From NCBI GenBank assembly GCA_002269645.1, contig NIVC01001280.1, positions 1 to 64,000 of the forward strand: a stretch of 64,000 bases of DNA, written 5' to 3'. Every line of letters begins with the position of its first letter. Position 1 is the first letter of the stretch. The position numbers were made by a program, and so were the translations under genes. The stretch is from Macrostomum lignano (lineage: Eukaryota). Below, one piece after another: positions 44,147-58,700 of this stretch. The notes under the pieces were generated by a model. It saw nothing but the letters and a program-made list of their open reading frames with translations, was not told where the DNA came from and did no database searches.

Positions 44147-47100
44147 CTGGAAGAAAAAGGTGGGAAAGAAAGGTGAAATAGTGGAAGAATGATGAAGGGG
44201 ATTTCAGGTGGAGGAAGGAAGAAGCTGGAAGACACGGCGGGGTGACAGGCCGCTCAATACCTACCCCAGGATTGCGTGATTGCGTCACGTCACTCTGCTG
44301 AAAGCGCCGGCGAGTTTCCAGTGCAGCGATGGAGAGCGAATGATGCTGGATGAGACTGGCCACTAATTGCAAGTTGGCGATCCCAGACGGTCAGGGATCT
44401 TTCTCTTTCTCTCAGCTTAACTGGCGGCTCGCTGAGCTCTCGAGAGTCTCCATCGGTTGGAGGCGGAGCTGCGGGAAGGAGGGGCCGGCCCGGGTCCCAG
44501 GAGTCGCTCGTAAATCTTCCACAAAGACGCGGAGCAGCGCGGCGCAGAAGGAGTGAAGGAGCTGCGCAGCGGCGACCAGCAATCCCAGCAGGCTGACTCA
44601 TCGAGCCCTGCTGGACCCACCCAGACCCCCTTCGGTTTCGAATGCCTACAGCAAAAAACGATGCAAAAACTGGAGGCAAATGAGCGAGCGAGCCCCTGCC
44701 GAGCGCACCTTGCAGAAGGAATGAGGGATATGCAGCTGGGGATTAACGCTGGCGTTCCGCTGCACCAGAACTGCCAGCCTGAATTCCGCATTGGAACGGA
44801 GAGGGACTCCTGACCTGCATCCGATGTGACATTTCCACCGGAATGAGAGGCAGCAGCCTAATCCTGGGATTAATCTTGTCCTTGTTGTGAGCATTTGGAG
44901 CCTGGCTGAATCGGCTGGGCAGCGGCAGAAATCTGCTCTGGACTGCTTCCCAGCTCTACAAGGCATGCCCGCTGAGCTCAAGGCCGCAAACAAACACCGG
45001 CAGAACAAGGCCACTTTGCAGCCCCGGCCGCTCTGCGCTCCATTTCATGGGGAGCAAAGTTTGCCGACACAACAGAAAACTTTGATTCCCATCCGCACAC
45101 GCGCCCGGCAGTGTCGAGAAGGCAGCTGGTTGAGGTGGGCGCAGAGGATAAAAGAAGGGGAGGGTCGAAAGCAATGCCCTTCTCCCCAGACTGTGGTGGA
45201 GAAAAGGTAAGGAGGGATTTGTATACAGAAAGAAGCTGGAATCCCCTCAAAAGCGACTAGAATGGGCTAAGCATAACAGAGCCGGGGCTCATAGAGAAAG
45301 GCAAGATGAAGAGCTCGAGAGACTGCAGTACCCCATCCCGGACGCAATCCCGCCGCACATGCAACACGCAATGCGCACCGAGCGATGCCCTGATTAGGAA
45401 AAAAGCGGCAACCTTCTTGAGGCCCCAAGTGCGCGCGAGGACCGGCAAGGCTGAGATGCTGCAGCTGCCTCACCTGCTTCGGCCAGGAAATCGGAGAGCC
45501 GGGACGGGCGATCAAAGGGATTTTCTCCCGAGCCCGCTGTGCAGAATCTCATCATACCCTCTTCCCCTCCTTGTTTTGGCAACCGCAACAGACAAGCAAG
45601 CAGCACGCAGGTGAGACTCTTCCTGCCTGATTGGCGCGAAATCGCCCCGCGAAAATGTCTCCCTTTGTCTCCAGCCATGGCCGGCAATTTGCAGCGCTGC
45701 TTCTCCCTGCACTCATCGATTACAGCGGTGGCGCCGACCCAGAGGCTCCGCTCGCGCAGCCGCATAACGCAGAGTTTGGGAGTCGAGCTCAAGCGATGCG
45801 GAAACCCCCGAGCATCCTCGGCCCAGACCTTGATGAGGCGGGCCCGCTGTGCGAAGGACAGACTGGATTTATTTACTGCTTCCGAGGCGATCAGAGGGGG
45901 GACCGCAGGAGTCAGCAGGCCATAAACCTGTCGGGTGCTTTTCACACTTCCCTTTCCAACCTTACTGGCTGTGCCAGCTGAAGCCGGGGGCCGGTGGCGC
46001 AATAAATTTCTCCTTTGTGGCACCGGCATTCGGGTTGGGGCAGCAGGTTTTGGCCCGGCATCATCTATCTTCCGCATAGGAAGAGAGTGGGGTCCCGTGA
46101 CTGTTGCTCAGCCCTGTGAAAAGCCTGAACTTCTCTCTGCTCCGGCTCTAAATTCCGCATCTGCTTTGGCAATTCCTCATCTTAGCTCAATTCTTTCAGA
46201 GTCAATTTTTAGCAAGGGCAGATTCGATTTCTTGACAGCCTCAGATGTCCTTCACAACACAATGTCTCATTCGATTTTTACCAGCAAATCTACACAATGC
46301 TCTCTGCCAACTTTTACCCAATGACCCTCTCAGCTTCGACCTCTCATCAACACCATCCAGAGTTTCACACCTCGCTCCTGCCCTTAAGTCCTTCCGCCCC
46401 TTCCTCCAATGCCCTCGTATTCCAAGTTTCTATGCTTTGTGAGCAAAGCTGCTACGGACTTCTCTATTGCATAGTCAGGGTGAGCAAGCGAAAGGAAGCC
46501 AATCCAAAAAGTATTGAAAGATGAATGCGCTAACGACTCAACTGCTACTTTGCAGCTGGCACAGTTGAAAGACAGGAGCGAACGCCTGAATGCGAGCCCG
46601 TTTTGAACTGTGCGAAACTGGAGATCCCGGAGAAGGACGGGCTGCAGCATGCTGTCGGTGCGTTTGAAGGCTGTTGGAGAGGGGAAACTGGGACTAAACG
46701 GCCAGGGGACCGAGCGCTCACCCAGCTGGAAATGCAAGGCTGCCAAAGCAGCTGTTTAGCGTCTCGTTCGGGGACAATTTGGGGAGACGGGCGGGTCGCT
46801 TGGGATCTGTCGGTTCGGCTTCGCTGATCGGAGCTGCAGAAGGATGAAGAATGTGTCATGACCGACGCACAGAGTTAGTTAAGAAACTGGATCAGGCAAC
46901 AGAAATTGGGCAGTGAAGAAGAAAGGCCAGCAGTGACAGAGGGGCCTGTCGAAATTCTTGGCACCAAATGTATCAGCAGCAGGGCAGCCTGTCCCTCACG
47001 GGCTGCTGAGATCCCAGCGCAGATGCGACAGACAAAGACAGGTTCGGCCCGCTTACCTGCGCATTGGTTTTCAGAATGAAGAGCAGCTCTGGAAACACGA

Positions 47101-50100
47101 AGTCCACGTAGAAAAGTTTTACTGGCTTTCCTTCCAAGTGGCCGCTGGCGGATTAGCGGGAGCTCGCCATCGCAGAGCTGGGTAGGCAAGAGAGTCCGAT
47201 GCGAGTCTGGGAAAAGGGGATACCGGGATAATTAAATAGAAAAGCTCGAAAGCGCGGAGACTGTTTGGTTTCGATTGCTCCGATTTCACTCTGCCCAGAG
47301 CTTCGAGCTGCGAGGCCTGAGGGCGGGGCGGCGGCCTTGTTTTTGGCTAGTGGCGGGGGATTTCGTCCCGATTCCTTCACGCAGGGCTGCAATAGACAGA
47401 AGGGCGCCCCATTCACTTATTATACTGGGGAAGCCATCCAGCCCGCTTCTCTCCTTACTCTCACTTGGCTGGCCACCCAGGTAGCCAATAGCAAGCGGCC
47501 TGGCCAGTGAAGAGAGCGAGGCGGAGAGAGCTGCAAAGTGGAGATTTAGCGACTGCGAGAGGGCCGCAGCTCGCTGGAATCGCAGCGTCATTAATACCCA
47601 GCAATTAAACAGCGGGGGGGCTGCAGGCCCGGGCCCGCTCAGCCACTGCAGGATTGGCAGATTCCCACCTGGCTGCAGATTGCCGAGTCATTTAGATGCC
47701 CGCGCCCGATGGAATTCCTCCAGTCAAATTACGCAATCTGCTTGCCAATGTTGGGGCCTTCCAGCTGTGCCAATCCAGTGTGATCCCCACCTTCGCTCTC
47801 CGCCCCTGGTTGCTGGGATGCTCGGAGACACGAGCGCTGACTCCGAGTTGCATTTCAATTCCAGTCTTGCTGTGAGGGTTATTTCAAACAGTCACTATGC
47901 ATAATAGAGATATTGATCTGATTAAATATAGTTTGTGGAACAAAGACTGCAGTGAATTCTTTGCCAGAGCACACGGTAAACCCACGATCCCATCTATAGC
48001 AAATGTCAATCAATGGCAAACAGGAAAAATGAGTTTGTGGTGGGAAATGAGAGCTGCTGACCTCCCACAGTTCAAGCAGGCTGCATCCCCTAATAACACA
48101 ATCACGGCTAAGTCACGGCTAAGGACAATGGCATGATATCTTAGCTCTGCAGATTGCAAATCCCTCTGGAGATCTGGAATTATCTTATGCTGATCTCCAC
48201 AGGGATCCCTAGGGCGGCCAGCTGGGGCCGATCTCCTTCATCTGCCTTGCATCGGTACAGTGATACGCTGGTATTTTCACGTGCCTTACTAGGTTGTCAT
48301 AGCAACTAGCAGGCGCAGCGGATTTGTTTTTCCAATAGGGATAAACGGAGCGAAAATGGCAAGGTCGAGTCAAGGAGGCAGTTTTCAGTTAGTATAGGGC
48401 CACCTGGCAGGCAGGAATAGCGAGTGGGTGCCAGGCAGTGCCGCGAGCGCAGAGCGGCCCCCGCGGATTTTGTTTACCACCGGTTCCGCAGTGGCTGATA
48501 AAGAAGCATCAGGCTGAATAGTCACTAGTCAGTCACTGGCGAGACGGGCACTCAGTGAGGGCTGCTGCACAGCGCAGCCGCTACAAGTTTCGCAAATCAC
48601 AGCCAGAGACCGATCGGTTACAGGCGATGCGCTAACACAGTGTGTATCGCGTTGGCGCTGCTTGCCTTCCCTACCAACCCGCTACAATGCTCATTAATTA
48701 TGCTCGTACCATCGTATGCGCGAGTTATGCATTGCTTGTTTATGCATAATCGCCAGTATTCAGAATGGTCTCGATACACAGGGGCAGAGAAAGGCGGACG
48801 GCTACTTACCGAAGCTGGCAGCTGACTGAAAGTTTTCTGGCTGAAGCCAAACAAATGAATTGGAACTGGAGACTAGTTAGGGCTTTATTTTCTATCGTGC
48901 ACTGAAGCGAGCGAATTGCAGAGCAACTTGGCAGCATTCGCATTCGCGCAGTTCACAGACGAGTTTTATGTCTATGTCCCAGGCCGTAGACTTTTTTTCT
49001 GATGCTCCAAATTAGGCAAAGGCATTAATGAGATATTGGACCGCAGCGCAGTGAGTTTAACACGGTGCCTATTCATGGCAACTGCTTTTTAACGTTGGGC
49101 TCGAAAGCCCTGTTTGTTTACTAAACTTTTCGCTGCTGCAAAACCGCACAATGGATGCTGACTTCCGCATCGCCGCCACTCACCAGCACCATTATCCAGG
49201 CCTATGGAAGGGCTATGGAAGGAAGGCGGGAAGGTGGTGCAGGATGCTGGGCCTGGCACTTTCACTGCTGCCACTTGTTAGTTTCCTTGAGAACCGTTCA
49301 GCCCGAGCCTCTGCTGCCCACTTGAAAACTATTGCTGCGGCTGTCACTCCGGAACTGCAGCTCTCCCACTGAGAACTGTACTCAGTCCCTGCTCCCACCC
49401 GCTCTGGATCTGGAGCAGCTGCCGCTTTGAATCAGAGAGGATGAGGGCTCCCTAATTTGCCCATGAATTATTTAGGCAAATGAGCGATCGGGACTTCGAC
49501 CGGTGAGCACTGCGCTTCTCAGCTGAGCAGTCCGGGTCGCTTCATTTAGTTTGCTCTTTGAGGGCTCAATGAATTAGCGCAGTAGCGGACAAACAGCTCC
49601 TTTTCTGTTCGACTTCTGTTCTCAACAAAGGAACTTTTAGAGTAAAAATATTGCACGAGGCTCGTATGATGAAAGGATGACAAAAGAAAGTGATGGTTTG
49701 CTTAAAGCAATGCACCTGACTTGAGAACACTATTAACAGCCTCAGAAACTGGTTGCAGAATAGTCCTATGCTTGTATTACATCACTGCAATCACTGCAAT
49801 GCTCCTCAGCATGCTCTCAGGTTTGTGTAAAACTTACCAAGCTCTTACCAGGCTTGTGAAGCTGCAGCTGTATGTGGTGCAAGGGGTGCGCAGAAGCCGA
49901 ACTGCAGGCTTTTGAAGCAGACCGCCTTTGTTTGCAAACCGCTCAGCTCCTTCTCATAATTGAGGCGGTGGCCTGTGTCCGCTTTTTAATTTTCACCGCT
50001 CAGGCACCGGTGTCCGATTGCGCAACACCGCAACTGCGTGTTCCTGCAAAATTAGAGTGTGGGGACGGAACCGCCGCCTCACTGCAGACCCCCTGCAGAG

Positions 50101-50819
50101 CTGCCGGCCCGCACTGCAGATCGCACTGCAGCTCATCGGCCCGCGGCTCGTGTTGGAAGGCGGAGCAATTTGCTCTCCTGACAGGACCAGCAATGTCCTC
50201 GGGCGACCTTTCCCCACTTCGTCCGCCCCTTCAGTCTCAAAATTAGTTGAGAACCAGAAGACTGAGCGACAGCGAAAGCGAGGGCCGAAATGAGGGATGA
50301 AGGCCTCGGAGATTCCTTAATTTTTCAGGGCTGCACAAGAAATTAATTATCGTTTAATAATTCAATTGCCGTCGCAGATGCACGCTGGCTGATTATGAAA
50401 AGGTAATGATGCTGACGGCTCTGGGCGCTGGGGACGCCTTTTGCCAGCTGCCCTCCAGCAAAAGTGCAGGCAGGACCGGCTCGTGCTGCTTCTAGAGAGG
50501 ATTAAAAAAGCTACTCGATAGAACTCAAGAACTCCAAGCCGTGACGAAGGAGATGTGGATTTCTGCAATTCTGGCTTAGGGATCCTGCACTATTCATGCC
50601 GGCTATCCAGCGGCAAGATTCTGCAAGGTGGCCGAGAGGTAAGCAATGTCCCTAAATGCAGGTTTGGGTCATTTTGGGATCATTTGGGTATGAGGGACAC
50701 ATAGGGATTAATAAATAATCTAAACTCTGATAAGTGTGATAGTTCGTGGTGTCAGGAGTGATGGCAAGATGGCATTATACACGAGAAAGCCTATGCTTGC
50801 TCAGTGCAATTATCTAGAC

Positions 50820-52616
50820 TCTAGAGTGTATAAGAGGCACCCCTGCCCCAGCGACTGCACTGTGCGATGCTCAATTGTATCTAGAGTCCATGAGAGCCCC
50901 ACCCTGCCCCAGTGACTGCACTGTGCGATGCTCAATCGTATCTAGAGTCCATGAGAGCCACCCTGTCCCAGTGACTGCACTGTGCGATGCTCAATCGTAT
51001 CTAGAGTCCATGAGAGCCCCCCTGCCCCAGTGACTGCACTGATCAATGCTCAATCGTATCTGGAGTCCATGAGAGCCACCCTGCCCAGTGACTGCACTGT
51101 GCAATGCTCAATCGTATCTAGAGTGTATGAGAGCCACCCTGCCCCAGTGACTGCACTGTGCAATTCTTAATCGTATCTGGAGTCCATGAGAGCCACCCTG
51201 CCCCAGCGACTGCACTGTGCGATGCTCAATTGTATCTAGAGTCCATGAGAGCCCCACCCTGCCCCAGTGACTGCACTGTGCGATGCTCAATCGTATCTAG
51301 AGTCCATGAGAGCCACCCTGTCCCAGTGACTGCACTGTGCGATGCTCAATCGTATCTAGAGTCCATGAGAGCCCCCCTGCCCCAGTGACTGCACTGATCA
51401 ATGCTCAATCGTATCTGGAGTCCATGAGAGCCACCCTGCCCCAGTGACTGCACTGTGCAATGCTCAATCGTATCTAGAGTGTATGAGAGCCACCCTGCCC
51501 CAGTGACTGCACTGTGCAATTCTTAATCGTATCTGGAGTCCATGAGAGCCACCCTGCCCCAGCGACTGCACTGTGCGATGCTCAATTGTATCTAGAGTCC
51601 ATGAGAGCCCCACCCTGCCCCAGTGACTGCACTGTGCGATGCTCAATCGTATCTAGAGTCCATGAGAGCCACCCTGTCCCAGTGACTGCACTGTGCGATG
51701 CTCAATCGTATCTAGAGTCCATGAGAGCCCCCTGCCCCAGTGACTGCACTGATCAATGCTCAATCGTATCTGGAGTCCATGAGAGCCACCCTGCCCCAGT
51801 GACTGCACTGTGCAATGCTCAATCGTATCTAGAGTGTATGAGAGCCACCCTGCCCCAGTGACTGCACTGTGCAATTCTTAATCGTATCTGGAGTCCATGA
51901 GAGCCACCCTGCCCCAGCGACTGCACTGTGCGATGCTCAATTGTATCTAGAGTCCATGAGAGCCCCACCCTGCCCCAGTGACTGCACTGTGCGATGCTCA
52001 ATCGTATCTAGAGTCCATGAGAGCCACCCTGTCCCAGTGACTGCACTGTGCGATGCTCAATCGTATCTAGAGTCCCTGAGAGCCCCCCTGCCCCAGTGAC
52101 TGCACTGATCAATGCTCAATCGTATCTGGAGTCCATGAGAGCCACCCTGCCCCAGTGACTGCACTGTGCAATGCTCAATCGTATCTAGAGTGTATGAGAG
52201 CCACCCTGCCCCAGTGACTGCACTGTGCAATTCTTAATCGTATCTGGAGTCCATGAGAGCCACCCTGTCACAGTGACTGCACTGTGCAATGCTCAATCGT
52301 ATCTAGAGTCCATGAGAGCCACCCTGCCCCAGTGACTGCACTGTGCAATTCTTAATCGTATCTAGAGTCCATGAGAGCCACCCTGTCACAGTGACTGCAC
52401 TGTGCAATGCTCAATCGTATCTAGAGTCCATGAGAGCCACCCCTGTCCCAGTGACTGCACTGTGCAATGCTCAATCGTATCTAGAGTCCATGAGAGCCAC
52501 CCCTGTCCCAGTGACTGCACTGTGCAATGCTCAATCGTATCTAGAGTCCATGAGAGCCACCCTGTCACAGTGACTGCACTGTGCGATGCTCAATCGTATC
52601 TAGAGTCCATGAGAGC
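50820..52616. repeat. Minisatellite, ~59-bp unit with a 6-unit higher-order repeat
   Basis: About 30 copies of TATCTAGAGTCCATGAGAGCCACCCTGCCCCAGTGACTGCACTGTGCGATGCTCAATCG; variant order recurs every 355-356 bp (identical ORFs at 51108, 51464, 51819). Confidence 0.95.
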
Positions 52617-55569
52617 CGGCGTTCCGAGCGTCTGGGAGTCGCTGCAGACTATTATTAACAGCATCAGTGACTTCCCTGAGTGAGCGAAAAAAACTTGTGA
52701 TTGTCAAAGTGTCCTCGTTGCGATATGAAATTTACAAGAATACCTTCCCGCTGAGTTATGGTTTCTTTGGGTGCCCTAAATGGTTATTTTTGGAGCATTG
52801 CAGCAAAAAATTGATTCAATCTGGCAGCATCCACCGCCCAGCCTCACCTGTCCGAAACGCCGCATTCATCATCGTGAAATTCTACTCGCCAGAAAATTCA
52901 ACTGACGATCTTCATAGCAGCCACAGTCGCTCAGCAGCAGCCGCAATTGCCGCAATTAGTCACGGCAGGAATCACATTCCTGCCTGCTGCTGTCCCCGAA
53001 ATGCTTCTGCTGCTTCTCTCCATTCATCAAAAACGCCCCCCCCCCTAACAACAGTGCAGGGAGTTTGCTGCCATCACTTCCAGCCCACTTGAAATTATCT
53101 TTGCCATCCCCCCGGATCTGAAGTCGGAGGGTCTTTCATCTGAAATTCCTCGAATTCGTTTTCGTTTGCAGCATTTTTGTGCGCGACCGCCCCTGCGCCT
53201 GCGCTCCGCCCGACGCCTCGGGGCAGAAGTCGGAAACTCGCTGGTTTTCTGTCCATTGTCGGCCGAAGCAACCCGCGGCTTTTGTTGATGCAAAAGAGAC
53301 TGCGAGGATCCGAGCCGGGTCGGAAAAAGACAAAATCGCCAGTTTCTGCAGTAAAAAATGATTCGCCCGCTTGGAACCGCGCCCGTGTTTAGCTTTGCAA
53401 ATGGAGGGCAGGTAGGAGGCGCTGCAGACTCTGTAAAATACGGACAAAGCAGAGTCAAAGCAACTTGCAGCGGGAACAAAAACTGGGGTCTGGGTCGCAA
53501 CCTTTATTATAGAGATATGAAGCAGTGAAATAAAAAGTTGCTTTCATCCGGCATCCAATCTAGTCGCGGGATCCCAGCGGACTTCCCGTGTTTTAATCAG
53601 CAGCAATCAGCGATCAATTGTAGGATTTCGGGAGAGGCGCTGGCATGGCAGCGGCCGCTTGTCTCTCGGCCCGCGCGCTCACCTTGTCGATGCAACCCCG
53701 GCTTGGATTGAAATCCGTAGAAAGTTTGTGAAGGCGGGGGACAGAAAGTGCAGGAGTCCCGTATCCCGTAGGGAGGAGCGAGGAGGCTGTGTGTCACACA
53801 GATGATGCAGCTCGCTGATTCCTCCCAGATGGCCCGATTCTGAGACAAGCTGCTGCTGTTGCCTCGTTTTTTATCGTTGCTGGGCATCACTGGGAAGTGG
53901 CGGTCGAGGGGCTGAGGTAAGCCGCTTGTCGGTCGGGAATTCAACAGGGCCAAGTTTTTTTGTTCCGCAACTGAGAGCCTCCACAAAAGCAGTGTGGGGG
54001 GGGGCGCCACTGGGTACGCGCTGGGGTTTGAATCAGTCCCAGACACGAGTGCAAGAAAAGCTTGCGAGCCCGGGCCGCCATTCATTTCGCCCCCCGAAGA
54101 CTGTAAACTTTGCGTCCCCTGCTGCCCCAAGCCAGAGGCCCCGCCACCCTCGCTTGTCATTCCGTTCAGTCAGCTCCGGCCTGACAGGGGTTTGCATTCC
54201 GCGGAACTGGGGAACATGGCTGCCAATTATTGCTACGCGCCCGTGCAGTCCGGGTCTCGAGTGACTCGGCCTACTGGGCCATAGACAAAAGCGATGGCGC
54301 ATAAAAGTGCACAGGATCGATCGGAGAGCCCCACCCCATACCGTGATATAAGACTATGCACAGCTGGCTGTCTCCAAACCATCAATGTCAGCTCCTGTCC
54401 TGCTCATAGACCTAAAGCATCCCTTCATAGGCTGTGAGGCAGAAGTGCAATTAGCAGTACAGTGCAAAGCACTCCTCGGTGCCAACGTCAAGTTTTGGCA
54501 ACGAGCCCAGAAGCAGTTCTAAAAAACTTAATCCATTCCTAAACTATCGATTCGGGCTACATTAGAGCGTATTTTCGGACAATGCTAACTACCCGACGAA
54601 TCTACTTTCACAGGTGAGGCACTGAAGATTGAACTGTGCATTGTGCATCATGACATTGTCAATAAAAGTTCGGCAGTGAAATGTGCGAGCTAATTGCACC
54701 TATTTTCTTTGAAATAGGTAAAGAGTTTTTGCTATCCTCTGCTTCTCTACACTCACAACACAATCCGTCATCGGAATAGAGTTTAGACAGATCCCAAATC
54801 GCACGCAAGGACTACCAAAACTGTGCTTCAGTGTGTTTTAGTAGTCCCTGATCGCTCATTTTTAGCATGTAGGATCACATTCCCGCGAGTCTTGCCCCCT
54901 GACCTCCCGAGCCGAGAGCGCCCAAGCTCATTCTTTCGTAGCGCTCATCCGAGCTCAGATCGCTCGAGATCTGAGGCCGTGAGAAGCTGTCAGGCCAGAG
55001 GCGTGACGGGGCTGCCGCGTGTTTGCAGTTCATGTTGAAAATCTCAGCCCCGCACCCTCGCCCTGCCTCCACCAGCTCGAGGCAAAACTCAACCGCCCAG
55101 TTGAAAACAGGGCTTAAAACTCCGCCATTGAGAGCCTCTTGTCCCTCAACTCCCGAATGTGGGCTCAGCTCCAGTGACGAGGGGAGGGGGTTTGGAGCTT
55201 TGGGATCAAGGTTTGGCCCAGGAAATTGGCTGCTGGCCCACGCGCTGACAAGAATGTTGGGGACAGTTTTCATAGGATGCATTTTTAATGCCCGATCCAG
55301 CTGAGGGTCCGTTCCTTCGCCTTTTCCTGCCCGCCTGCCTTAGCCAGCATCGCACAGCTGCAATGTGGGACGCATTTGAGCAATTTCACTTCCACTGCAA
55401 TGGCTGTCCACGCCGAGAAGGACGGGCTCAAGTATGGGCCAAACTCTTAACATCTCAGGTGCTTGTGTCAACAGCTCACGGGCGTGAGATCTTATCGAAA
55501 AGCTCAAACTCGATTCAGATCTCTGCAAAGTTATGCAGAAGCGTGTCATGAGGTTGCCGCCAAAGAAGC

Positions 55570-56008
55570 CAGCAGAAGGGGGCCAGACGGCAGGGCGGAC
55601 CCGAACGTCAGCGATGAGCTCCAGCAAAAGAGGGCCAGACGGCAGGGCGGACCCGAACATCAGAGATGAGCTCCAGCAGAAGGGGGCCAGACGGCAGGCG
55701 GACCCGAACGTCAGAGATGAGCTCCAGCAGAAGGGGGCCAGACGGCAGGGCGGACCCGAACGTCAGCGATGAGCTCCAGCAGAAGGGGGCCAGACGGCAG
55801 GGCGGACCCGAACGTCAGCGATGAGCTCCAGCAAAAGGGGGCCAGACGGCAGGGCGGACCCGAACATCAGCGATGAGCTCCAGCAGAAGGGGGCCAGACG
55901 GCAGGCGGACCCGAACGTCAGAGATGAGCTCCAGCAGAAGGGGGCCAGACGGCAGGCGGACCCGAACGTCAGAGATGAGCTCCAGCAGAAGGGGGCCAGA
56001 CGGCAGGG
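55570..56008. repeat. GC-rich minisatellite, 51-52-bp unit
   Basis: About 8.5 copies of GATGAGCTCCAGCAGAAGGGGGCCAGACGGCAG(G)GCGGACCCGAACGTCAGC. Confidence 0.93.
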
Positions 56009-58140
56009 CCACAGCCAGTGCCAACCAGAACACCAGCAGTGGGTGCAGTGGCCCGCCAGTCCGGGAATCGGGGCTCTCTTCGCAAACTATCCCTTCGATG
56101 TTTGATCCCTTCGTGACTGTTTGCATTCGCTCTTTTTGCTTCTTCCGTCTGCGGCCGCAGTCCGATACAGGCTGTCCCACATGCGGGCCGCCTCTCCCTC
56201 GCGGCTCTTGCAGCTTCGCTACATTTCCGCTTGGCCCGCAGGCCAGCCCCAGAGCAGGGATCTTCTTCATGGACAGCTGAAGTGGAACCAAAATCCTCTG
56301 TAGATCCCACAGAAGGGTAACAGAACAGTCCAAGCATTCTGCGCTGTCACCTGACTGCTATGGATGTTTAAAGACAGACACCACAAGGGATTCAGGGTGA
56401 TTTTTAGCAGATGAGGATCTTTAACTCGAATGCTGCTGTCTGTTGTCCCAGCGTTTTGGCTTAAAACTTTATCGACGACAGGGTTATTCGCATGCTAATA
56501 GAAATGAGCAAGGGCGATTATAAAAGAGAGAGGGAGGGCTGTAGGCTTGCCCTTGCACTCTAGGGACAGTGTTGCGTGTTGTAACATCGCGCCGTCTGTT
56601 CCTTTGTGCGTAGCTTGCAGTGCAAAAACTTGCAATGTACGAGCTTACTTGCAAGCAGCAGAAACACGCGTGAGCCAGAACTTTAAAAGCCGACTGAGAG
56701 GCCGAATTGACGTTGGCAGCTGCTCAACATGGATTTAAAATTCACTTGCTGCTGATCAAGTGAAGGCAACATACTGCAACAGGCAACAGGCAACAGGCAA
56801 CAAGTGAAGGCACCACGGACCTGTGCTTAAGTACCCAGAAGTTGAATTCACACAAGAAAAGCTGACCACATTCCAATTCGGTTCGGTGTTTTCTGGTTTT
56901 TCTCACCAGATACGGAATCCGTTATTCTCTATGCGCAGTTTTACCTAGGGAGAACTATTAATGCACTGGGTGCGGCAGCCAATTCAGTCATTAATAAATG
57001 CATTCAATTTACCGTCTTAGTAAACTAGGCGCTATCGTTGTAATCAAACTAGGGCTTTATTCAAGCTCTGGCCAGGTTGGGTTTATCTGGGGGACTCAGA
57101 TGAGCAAAGAAAAGAGAGTTGCGTTAGGGTGCTTAACACCCGAAAGCAGAGCTGTACTGCGTCCTTAATCCGGGTACTGACTGCAAACAAGCAAGCAGGT
57201 AATGAGAACAGCAGATGCAGCTCAGCCCTCCGCTACAGGTTGCAGCAGCAGTGCAGGCTGGGTGACCGATAGCCACTTCGAGACAGCTTGACTGGCTGAA
57301 GTGCAGCCTGCGAGAGCTGGGAGAGACAGGGAAAGCTGCTCAATGCTCAGCTACTGAGCAGGACAGGCTGTTTTTGTCCCGAGGTAACACGTTGAGGCGG
57401 ACAAAATGAGGTCGAGATGACGAATGGCAGTCAGTTGTGCGGGATTGGTTTCTCGGATTCTCAGAGCTCCCAGCAATATGGGTTTCATTTGCACGGGAAA
57501 TCTGGGATTTTTTCACCGACAGCTTCATGAGAATCTGGGAGACTAGTTGATCGCCAAATGCAAGTCTCCAGTTTCCTGCAGCGGAATTGAAGCGCAGGGA
57601 GCTGACACAAAATAACTGCATGGCCCCAGCGCAGCTGTATATGGCGGAGGCAGAGCGGAGCCCCGTCATTTTCGTATTTGCAGATATGAGGCGTGTCAGG
57701 GTAACACCGGTAACTTTCAGAGCCGAGCCAACCGGTGGAATCGGGAAGGAGGCTGGGTGAGAGTGGTGATGCAGCACCGACTGGGGATGTAATTATTTTG
57801 ATTACGTAATCCAAAATGCCAGTTGGCTGAATTCCGGGGTGTTGGAAAGAGATGAGGCTGTCGGGGCGAAACGCCGACACTGCCGAGTCCCCCATCTCGG
57901 CTCTTCCTTAAATCTTTTGCGTCATCCCGTGAGAATTGCCAGGATTGCTACATGCATAGGCAGGGAGCGGGTTGGGCTCGGGCTCGTTCACTTCTCCCCC
58001 TGTGTAGCTGAGGAACAGACAGCGAAGAAAGAAGAGTAAAAAAAGCGAATAACAGGTAGAGTTGAGAACGAAACGGTTTTACGAGCTAGTAACAACTACC
58101 TAGCGGCAAACCATTTCTGTGTAGTGGATTCTATAGATCA

Positions 58141-58700
<560 letters not shown>

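Noticed and set aside
50626-50680. tRNA A-box-like GGTGGCCGAGAGGTAAG
   Set aside because: No B-box and no tRNA fold downstream.
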